Assembly (NCBI RefSeq): GCF_000485595.1
Contig: NW_014577084.1
Span: forward strand, 222,575-286,574
Reading direction: 5' to 3'
Length of the DNA: 64,000 nt
Source: Priapulus caudatus
Taxonomy: Eukaryota
Part shown: positions 34,301-45,900 of the stretch, one piece after another
Position numbering within the stretch: the first letter of the stretch is position 1
Layout: every line of letters starts with the position of its first letter
Program-made: the position numbers and the translations under genes
The notes under the pieces: model-generated
The model's input: only the letters and a program-made list of their open reading frames with translations
Databases searched by the model: none
Told to the model about the DNA's origin: nothing

Positions 34301-37300
34301 GCCATCATAACATCTCATCAACCCTTGAGTGGCCATTATATACGCCGGACTATGCTTGTCTACGTGTAGCAGTTACGAACGAGGAATTTCTTGCTGTTTC
34401 TCAGGTGATGGTCTTTGTTCACGCGCGTAATGCCACAGTGCGCACTGCTATGACGCTGCGGGACAAGGCCTCGTCGAAGAACGAGCTCCGTATGTTTTCC
34501 GCGGATCAGGACTCCAAGTTTGGGTTGGCTCAGAAGCAGGTATTTGTTTATTCGGGTAAAATAGGTTGCAGATCTAGCTTGTGTAACCAACATCATGTTG
34601 AATTAGGCCATTCCTCATTTACTCATACTTCATTACAAATACTCGTTTAAATACACTTTTGTTGCATATCATAAGTATATTGTGCCTCTATTAATGTCAT
34701 TGCAGTTAAGCGACACCCTATTATTCATGTATAATTGTATTTATTGATATTATGTGCTTTGATTTTGCTATAATGATCTACCACACTTTTTTTTCAGATG
34801 ACACGATCACGAAACATGCAGATGAAAGAACTTTTCGAGGATGGCTTCAGCATTCATCACGCTGGGATGCTGCGCAGCGACAGGAATCTCGTGGAGAGAT
34901 TCTTTACGAGCGGTCTCATCAAGGTGCTCTGCTGCACCGCGACCCTCGCCTGGGGCGTCAATCTTCCCGCGCACGCTGTCATCATCAAGGTAAGGCTGTC
35001 CACTCTTAAGTTTAGGTCAGGGGTTCTTAACCTGTGATCCAGGGACCCCTTTTGGGTCCGTGGATGGGCTTCAGGGGGTCCGTGAACCAGGCGCATACAA
35101 AATTGTGTGTTTATGTGCTTATGTACGTGCATTTTGCTGGGGAGCGGCCATAGCTTTCACCAGATTCTCAGAGGGGTCCATGATGCAAAAAAGGTTAAGA
35201 ACCACTGGTTTAGGTCATGTACTGGTCGGCAACTAGTCAGACTTATGACAATCTAATGTATGCTGCTGGGGTCGAGTGTGTATTGTCGTCTGTGTACAAG
35301 GTTTGTTATTACAGGGTTGAAATACCTTGTTTTGTTAACTTCAGTCTGACCTTCTATCTTCACATAGATTCGTTGAGAAAAAGTGCACAAATGTGTCTGT
35401 GAACTTATTATGCATTGCAATTACCAATTCTGTTCCAGCCATCACTACATTAATCGTGTTGATCATTTTGCTTCTATTGTAATGAATCAATGATGTTATT
35501 TTATTATTATTATTACTATTATTATTATATTATTATTATATAATTATATTCGAATTATTTTACGTCGGTGCCAATGTTTCTGGGTCATCATTCGCAAGGC
35601 TGTGTGTATGACTGTCACCTTGTTATATGTCGTGCAGGGCACTCAGATTTACGATGCGAAGCACGGCATGTTCATCGACCTCGGGATGCTGGACGTGATG
35701 CAGATATTCGGGCGCGCGGGGCGGCCGCAGTACGACAAGTACGGACACGGCACGATCATCACGAGCCACGACAAGCTGTCGCACTACCTGTCTCTGCTCA
35801 CCCGCCAAAACCCGATCGAGAGCCAGTTTCTCGGCAGCCTCACCGACAATCTAAACGCAGAGGTGGGAATGTTGATGGTGCTGATTCTGTAATGTACTGT
35901 ATATGTATATATATATATTCTATATATTTATATATATATTATATATATTAATGTATATATTATTTATATAGAGAGAGAGAGAGAGAGAACGCACGCAGTG
36001 CTACCTTACCCACGCACACATATATATATATATATATATATTCCTCTCTGTAATTTTGAATTGAATGAGTGTGAATGAAGTGTCACCATATTGGTATTGT
36101 CACACATAATTAAGTCTGTATGATGTACAGGTTGCGCTTGGAACTGTGACTAATGTCGAGGAAGCAGTGGAGTGGCTCAGTTACACCTACCTGTTCGTTC
36201 GAATGCGCAAGAACTTCCACGCCTATGGAATCCCGTTCACTGCGTTACAAGTGTGTATGAAGATGATTGTGATATTTTGTTGTTCTTATTCCTTTTATTT
36301 GCCTTTTTAATCCCGTTTTCATCGTAATTTTGTTTTATTTTATCTTAGTCTACTATTAATAATTTGTGTGCATACTTCAGTATGGTTGTAAATGTCGACA
36401 ATTGCCACATTAGTCCTACGTACTTTTGCGTGGATCGCTAGGCAATAGTGCATTTTTCACAAGCTTGGCAACATTGCAAATGAGCGTTCAATTTGTTGAC
36501 TAAAGAAACTTTTTGTCACCTGATTTATAATTGCATTGCTCATTGTGTTGCACTGTGATCACAGAACGATCCGATGCTACTCGGCCACAGAAAGGTTCAG
36601 ATAGTTCATGCTGCTCGCCAACTGGACTCGGCCCACATGGTCAGGTTTGAGGAGCGCACTGGGTTTCTCTTCTCAACAGATCTGGGTCGCATAGCCAGCC
36701 ACTTTTACATCAAGGTACTAACCATATGGTTCTTCAATTTTTGGGTGTTCACAAGATTTGTGATTCGTGACAGATGACAAAGATAAATACAAGCTTTTCT
36801 GAGATTCCTGCTCCCACGTAATGCATGGGAGTATATATTAGCAAATTGTTTCACAAATTTGCATATATTAGAACTGTCTGAATGAGATCTGTATTTGGGC
36901 GCTAATACTTTCAGTATGACACGGTAGCGACGATCAATGAAGAGCTAAAGTCTGCGATGACAGAGGCAGATATCCTCGCGACAGTGTCCAAAGCTCAGGA
37001 GTTTGAACAGATCAAGGTATCACTGTGGTGCATTATCAAAAGTATGAATTTCTAATATTTTCATGTACGTAGAACCATAAGCAATTTCAAGCTTAGGTGA
37101 AGACATGCAGTACCAAGACAGTATCCATATCTTGAGAGAGTTTGAACAGATTAAGGAATAACTGTTGTGCATTGTCACAAGTGAAAATTTTTATATGTTA
37201 GATGTACATCGATCCATAATCGGTTCCACAGTAGCTGTGTATACGTACAGAAATCACTCGCTTATCACAGGCGTCACGTTCCTGAAAAATGTTCCGATTA

Positions 37301-39925
37301 GGGAAACCTTGAATGGTGAACACAACGTTTAATGGAAAAATGGTGTTAGGAGAACAAGGCTACACTAATTAACTGTGACAATACACTTTGCTCATTTCAA
37401 CATACAGAAATAGTGAATGCAAAAAAACTTGCAGTTCATACACATGAACATTCAGTTTAGCATTGCTGGCATTTGACCAAGAACTCATATATTCAGATCC
37501 ATAGTATCCAAAAGAGCTAAGAAACCATATCTATATTTTTTTTATAGTTTTGGCTTTTATAATTATTTGAAAGATTCCTTTTGAAGTTTGCATAAATTTG
37601 TATATTTTGTAGTTAAACTGTTGAATTGTTAGTACTGTTTACAGTGGCGTAATCACATTAATTATGCATACGTTCATTTGCATATTGCTCGTCAAACAGG
37701 TGAGAGACGACGAGCTGGAGGAGTTGGATCGCCACCAGATGGAGTCGTGTCACCTGAACGTGTTCGGCGGTACGGAGAACACGTACGGCAAAGTGAACGT
37801 GCTCATACAGTCGTTCATCTCCCGTGCGCGCATGGACAGTTTCTCACTGGTGTCCGACGCCGCGTACGTGAAACAGGTACTGCTGCTTTACCTTCACCTA
37901 CATGTCTATAAGTTTATCTACGCAATATAAGTTTAACAAGTTTTTCTATGCCGCGCAAAATATCAGCATGAATATTGCACCAGTGATGTGTAGTAACAGC
38001 TGCATGAGGGAGCCGTATTCGCTGAGCAACAGTTTTTTTAATGGAATTGACATCGAATGAATTTGGTGATTGGCAGAATGCGTCGAGAATCATCAGAGCC
38101 CTGTTTGAGGTGTGTCTCACCAAGGGCTGGCCCATCATGTCGGGACGACTGCTCACTCTCAGCAAGGTAATATCTTTCACGAAATCCGATTTGAAAGTTT
38201 TTCCGATGCCATGTCTCATTCCAATTCGGGCGAAAACCCCTTTACGACTATGGATTTCTTAGTAGTTCAGTTGGGTGATCATTAAAAACTATTGTTCCCA
38301 TATCTGATGAGTAAATGTGTATCACTGCGGCTTAGGCTGCATAAACTGCAGCATCTATCTTCTTATTTTGTTCTTGCAGGTGATGGACAGGCAGCTCTGG
38401 GGGTTCCAAAATCCAATGCGGCAGTTTGACCTGCCACATGAAATCCTCGAGAAGCTAGAACGACTTAAACTGACACCAGATAAACTCCGGGAAATGGACT
38501 CCAAGGAGATTGGTATGGTTTGCCATTAATTTATGATTATTGATTTTTTAGAGGTATATATTTCACTGAAGATTTGGGGAGAAACTCAACGTCATGCACA
38601 TGATATCAGAACTTTCTAATTTTCGAAGTTGGTGCCTGTTTAATTTGTTTTCCTTGCAAGATTATTATGATTTAGTGCATCCAGATTGAAATTATATTGG
38701 TGATGTATTCCATTATTGCCTATTTGATGTATAGACCACATCTATAATCTATAGTCATACTCATCTGCCGTTAGGAATTGTAATACGTGTTTATTATAGT
38801 CACATCATTTATCATTAGGCCACATGGTTCATCATGTGCGAATGGGACCAGAGATAAAGAAATTTGCCTACCAGATTCCCAATTTGACTTTGGAAGCAAC
38901 CATACAGCCCATCACCAGGACTGTGTTGAAGGTTCAACTCGGCATCGAGGCTGACTTCACGTGAGAAGCATCATATATCAATTTCTGTTCTTTTACATAA
39001 TTATAAAATATGACTTCATACATACGCTTATCAAACAATGTCCTATCTGTTTGAAAGAGCATGTAGAGTTCATAAAGATTTTTTTTTATATCTTTGATGC
39101 TAAATTTTTCGTTTGGATTGTCTAATATGTGAATTTTACGTGACCAGCAGTTGCATATGGTTGCTGCGAATTTTGCTGATGTGCTTGTGCGTTTCTTTAG
39201 GTGGAATGATCGAGCTCACAGGAGTGTGGAGCCCTTCTGGATCTGGGTTGAGGACCCAGACAATGATCATATCTACCACTCTGAATACTTCCTGCTGCAG
39301 AAAAAACAGGTGGGAAGAAAATTATCTGGCGAATCCATGTACGTCTAACACTCATGCCTGTTTTCGTGCCAATTTGCACAGGGGAGTGCTTGCACTGTCT
39401 GCAGATACCTTGCAGTCATTTGATATCTATAGCTCGTTATGTCTTTTCTAGTATTTGGTCGTACGCATTTATTAATGCACGTTTTACAGCGTTAATCATT
39501 TAAAATTAAGTTCCTCTGCCCGTACTCTTGTAGGTCATGAAGAGTGAGCGACAGGTCCTAACTTTCACAATTCCGATATTCGAGCCACTTCCATCTCAGT
39601 ACTATGTGCGAGCCATCAGTGACCGCTGGCTGGGGTCTGAGTCCGTGTGCCCAATCTCTTTCAAGCATTTGATCATGCCGGAGCGACACCCGCCTCACAC
39701 TGGTAGGTAGTCGTCAATATGTACATACTATATACTGCACTGCATGGTGCACAATGTCACCGTTGTCAACGTCAATGTTTTCTGTTTTTTATTTATTCAA
39801 AGTTTTACATTGAATACAAATTCCTTATAAATAAATGACTTTTTGTAGCTTGTTTTCCCTAATACAGTTTTTGTTTAGAGACATCTAAGAGTATAGTTAA
39901 TTCATGCTTTTATTGTGATTGCTTG

Positions 39926-39957
<32 letters not shown>

Positions 39958-42900
39958 TTACTTATTTATATGTTTATATATATACATGTGTGTGTGCATG
40001 CGCACCTCCTTTTTGTAAAAATATTTAAATGTGATATTTATTAATCAACCTTTCCATAAATCTTTTTTTTCTGCACTGTATATATAAGGAACTATGCAGC
40101 TTCTTTGCGTGTCTATATATATAGACACGTTTTTGGTATTTAACCATTTTCAGAATTGCTTGATCTGAACCCGTTGCCCGTGAGTGCACTGGGCGACTAC
40201 CGACTGGAGCTCGTGTACAGCTTCTCGCATTTCAACCCGGTTCAGACACAGATCTTCCACTGTCTGTACCACACCGACAACAATGCACTCGTGGGGGCGC
40301 CGACCGGCTCAGGAAAGACCGTTGCTGCTGAGCTTGCCATATTCCGAGTGTTCAGAGAGTACCCAAAGTGCAAGGTATGATGTTTTGTCGAGCGTAGCTA
40401 GTGTACATGTGATTTTATTTGTATTTAGATAACTAATTAATTATAACTGTGCCCATGATACACAGTTAACTTTGTTGCCAACAAGTTTGTTGGTTTTGTT
40501 GATTTTTTCGTAATAAATCAGTTTGAAAAAAATTAAATCTATATATGTAACCCTGATTCATGTAATATAAATCTATTTTAATACAAGATAGGTACATAAT
40601 GCTACTACAGCTTATATACACATACATCATAATAGAAGGTTGGTATCTTTTTCCATCAGTATTTGTTTTGTTTAGTCAGTCCTTTGCTGTCATTATAGGC
40701 TGTATACGTAGCACCGCTGAAGGCCCTAGTCCGGGAGAGAATACAAGACTGGAAGGAGCGTATAGAGAAGAAACTAGGAAAACGGTGAGAATGAAGTCTG
40801 ATCCTGACAATTCCACACAGGCAGCTACTTTCAATTGCATAGTCTCATTGATCAGCAGTGGCTGTCATCGCTGGTCACAGTAGTCCTGTCGTGGGGTTTT
40901 CAGTTGGGATAATTACTTATTTGTGGTTTAATATTTATATACCATTTCTCTAATTGCAGTAATTGTGGTTTCCTTAATATGTTAAGGTATCTTTACTTTA
41001 TTCTGTCCATTTTATTTACCCCTTGTTTTACCACCAATCGATTTGTCATTACCATGTTTAAAAGAATTCCGTGAATCTCTCTTAAAAACTGATTTTATCA
41101 GACGTGTATTTCTGTTTCTTTCTTGTTTTTGAATTTTATGCATACATGGCAAGGATTATGGAGGTTATATAATTAATAATTAGGTAACCATCTCAAATAA
41201 ATTTAAAAACAACAATTTACGATGTAAACAGTGTGTGTGTGCGACGTGTGTTTTTGTGTGATGTTGTAGTGTGGTGGAGCTGGTTAAGGCATCCTTACTT
41301 TATCATGTCCCTTTTATTTACCCCTTGTTTTACCACCAATCTATTTATCATTGCAATGTTTAAAAGAATTCAGTGAATTTCTCTTAAAAACTGTAGTGTG
41401 GTGGAGCTGACAGGTGACGTGACCCCTGATGCGCGTGCCATCGCCAACGCTGACCTCATCGTCACGACCCCGGAGAAGTGGGACGGGATAAGTCGCAGCT
41501 GGCAGACGAGAAACTACGTCCAGTCTGTCGCACTCATCGTCATCGACGAAATCCACCTGCTAGGTATAACGACATCAAGAGCTAATAATGACAAATTTGT
41601 CATTATTAGCTCCTGACGACATGTAACATACTGAACGATGTCAGCATTAGAACACTAGTAGAAAGTAGGGAATAGTATCTATATCTAGTATAGAACACTC
41701 AGATATTACATAGATATTAGGGCAGCTGCTGTCCCAATCAAATACTGTATACGCCATATTTTTCGCGTACAGATATTTTTGCGAATTCAGACTTGACGGA
41801 CAATTTCGCGAGTGGTTAATTTCACGGCCGCTGAATTATGAATTATTCGGTATTATTTGGTATGAACTATTCGCGTGTTGTTATTTTCGCGGTCGGGGAC
41901 GCGTTTGCGAAATTCGCGAAAATTAAACCACTGCGAAATATACAACGTATACAGTAGTAGTTAAATAGTAAATACTGTACTGGAAGATTCGGATCTAACA
42001 CAGGAATCGTAGCTCTTTTCAGTGCTATAGCCTGACTTTTGAGCTGTCATGCTGTAGATGTAGTGAGGATTGAACTTGCTCTCTCTCTCAGGTGCTGACA
42101 GAGGTCCCGTTCTTGAAGTTCTTGTCTCGAGAACCAACTTCATATCGTCGCACACGGGTCAGAAGGTCAGAGTAGTCGGACTGTCCACCGCTCTCGCTAA
42201 CGCTCGTGACCTAGCGGACTGGCTCAACATCGATCAGGTGGGATAGCAGATTCCCCGCTAATTAACGTAACACTGCCTATATCACATTGCTGCAGTGTAT
42301 TTGAGTGGGCTACCATTAACCGGATGTACTTAAAATTTCATGATATTGCTGTGATTTTAGTTGAGTGTCGTGGAGAAAACTTGTCGAGCTGTGTGAAGTC
42401 ATTATTTTTCAGTGGGAACTATTTTTTAGTTGCATAGTTTCTTTATTGGAGAGCTAATTGTACTAATTAGTAACTTAGTTGATTAGTAACAACATAATTA
42501 TGATGTAAATTATCCTACCGTAATGACATAATGACGCACGTAGTTAGTTAGTGATACGTATACCATTATAGATTAAATGTTAAAGACAATGTGAAATGTT
42601 TCAGATGGGCTTGTTTAACTTCCGACCTTCTGTAAGGCCTGTGCCCCTTGAGGTACACATCTCCGGCTTTCCTGGGAAACACTACTGCCCTCGCATGGCG
42701 ACAATGAATAAACCTACTTTCCAAGGTACATCATAGAGCAACTGTGTGCGTAAGGGTATGTTGCACGTACGTGTGTATGTCTTTCTCTGCATGCCTATGC
42801 TCATGGATTTAGCTAAATGTACTGTCTAATTGGATGTGCTATTTCCTTTAGCGATCAAGACACACTCCCCAACAAAACCTGCTCTGATATTTGTGTCGTC

Positions 42901-45900
42901 ACGGCGACAGACCAGGGTAACAGCACTGGACATGATTGCCTATCTGGCTGCAGAAGACAACCCCAGGGAGTGGCTCCACATGCCAGACGGGGAGGTGAGG
43001 ATAATGCAGTGAAAATTTTAATCATCAGCATGCATGTAAAAGATGCGTGCAAGGTCACATCTCAATTACTGATATCGATTATTGATACTCATTGTTGATA
43101 TAATTATATATTGCCTGATGCAAATGTCAAATTTTTAATTTCGTCATTTTCGTTCAGATGGACCACTTGATACGAGATATACGCGATGCAAACCTGAAGT
43201 TGACCTTGGCCTTTGGTATTGGGATTCACCATGCTGGACTTCACGAGAAAGACAGGAAAGCTGTGGAGGAACTGTTTGTTAACCAGAAGATACAGGTGAG
43301 ACGTACGTGTGTGCGTGCGTGCGTCCGTACGTAGGTACGTATGTGTGTAGGCCTACTTACATGTGTACGTGCATACATACGTGTACAGATACCTATACAT
43401 ATACATAGACATATATTATTATTTGCATAGGTATAATTGTGTATACAAATATATTGTATAATATTTATAATTGTCTACAGGTAGTCTACATTGTATACCA
43501 TAATTGCAAAGTATTAGGGAAAGCCAGTGTAATGGTTTGATTAACTAGATAAGACTAATAATGTAAATGATATGTTCTTTGTAATATGCAATTTCTTTTT
43601 TTCACCATGGATCATGTACAGGTGCTTGTTGCAACCAGCACACTGGCGTGGGGTGTTAACTTCCCAGCTCATCTGGTAGTGGTAAAAGGTACCGAGTACT
43701 TTGATGGTAAGACAAAGAGATACGTGGATTTTCCCATCACAGGTAAGAATATAGGTCTCAACGTCTTAAGATAAACGGATAATATATTGGAAGTTAGAAA
43801 ATATTAATGAAATAGTGTGAATGGAGAATTAAAGTTTGCCTCGTTATGTTACATAATACAATATGCTTTTTTGATGGTAAAATTGGTATTCGGCGTTTGT
43901 TCTTATTCAGACGTACTACAGATGATGGGCAGAGCAGGGCGACCACAGTTTGATGACGAAGGCATCGCCGTCATACTCGTACAAGATGTCAAGAAACATT
44001 TCTACAAGAAGTTTCTCTACGAGCCGTTCCCTGTGGAGTCGAGGTACACTAGATTTAGCTTTTAAGTACCGTTGGCACTATGCACTTGCCGGTATTAGCG
44101 TCGTTGTATCAATTGACGTAATGATTTTGTCAGTGAATACACTAACATAGAAGGATGGAAGTATATTCGGTCAGAAAAGCCTTATGGCAAAAGCAGTAAA
44201 TATGCCCAAAGTGTTCTTTATGTAACCATTTTCTTATGTATTAGTGTGCATAACCATGTGCTTTACACATGCTTTTTTAATGCAATAATATAGACGCAAC
44301 CATTACCTATTTTGTAAGTCATTCGTGCGTAATGTAGTGAAGTGTGTTCTCTAAAAAAAAGTCTGCTTATGTATCGCATGATATTCTTGCTTCATGTTGG
44401 CATTATTTGATTCAGTTTGTTGGAGGTTTTGCCTGACCACATGTGTGCAGAGATTGTCGCTGGAACAATCAGCTCCAAACAGGATGCCCTTGAATACCTC
44501 ACATGGACTTACTTCTTCAGACGATTACTCGTCAACCCTAGGTACTGCCACTTGCAGCTAATTCTGAAAAACTGAAATAGTTGTAAGATGCGCCGCCATC
44601 TTCATTTATTTTCTATAGGATTTCAACTATACTGTTGCAGCAACAAATTGACAGTTTATGATTAGCAGCTGATTATTATTATGATTATGATGATTATATT
44701 CTCACGATGATCATGATTATTAAGATGAGCAGTTGTATTAATAGTGAACTCGAGCGTACGTGGTCCGCTCGCTTTTCTACAATACGCATGTGATTATCAT
44801 GTGCCTTATCATGTGCTGCAGCTACTACAGTCTGTCGGACACCGGCCACGACAGCATCAACCGCTACCTGTCGAGTCTCGTCGAGCGGGCCGTCGTCTCG
44901 CTCTCCTACTCTCACTGCATCCAGCTGGAGGATGACGATCGCACGATCGCCGCGACGACGCTCGGCCGCATCTGCTCCTACTACTACCTCAGCCACCTGA
45001 CGGCGCAGATGTTCAAGGAAGCCCTCGCGCCGGACGCCCGCGTCGAGAAGGTCGTCGAGATTCTCTCGGTGAGTGAGCACTCCGTCGCGGCTAGTCGTTT
45101 ATCATCAATCTGTAATACAAGGTTGTCATCTCGAGAAGGTCGTCGAGATTCTCTCGGTGGGTGAGCTCCGTCGCGGCTAGTCGTTTCACACACTCGCGAA
45201 ATTTTATTAATATATAAAAATACATATAAATAAAATAAATAAAATAATAATAAATATTATAATAATAAAATTAGTGCATTTGCTGTATGGATTCGTCTTG
45301 CGGGTGTCGCATGCATCTTGCAGTTGGGGAAGCTTACAGTTAATGCATGTTTTTGGCTCGGTTTGACTGAGGCAGCTAGAAGATCGAACGAGAAAAGCAT
45401 CGGTGTTAGTGAATGAGGCAGTCTAAGTTCATATATTTTGTGGGTGTTGTCTTAGGTATACATGATTGCAGGTTCCCTACGTTTGTACTTGTACTTAGTA
45501 TTTGTACTTAGATGGAATGCTCTCTCTAATGTAACTGTTGATCGTCCTTTGCAGAATGCACACGAGTACGCCGAGTTACCGGTCAGGCACAACGAAGATG
45601 CAATAAACAGGTAAAACTTGTATCTCAGTTAACATGGCTATAGTGTGTGGCTCACTGAAATATCTTGAGTACATGATATATGCGCATTAGGGCTAGTCTG
45701 AAAAGATTTGCTCTCATTTAAAGTGCAATGTACTAGAAATATTCTAGTAAAGTTAAAATGCATTTACTTTTGTATTATCATGAAATGCGATGAACTTATT
45801 TCAACTTTGTTGTTTTCTTTATATACAGCGAGCTAGCCAAGCAGCTGCCCCTGGAGGTGCCACCACACAGCTTTGACAGTTCACACACGAAAGCCAACCT

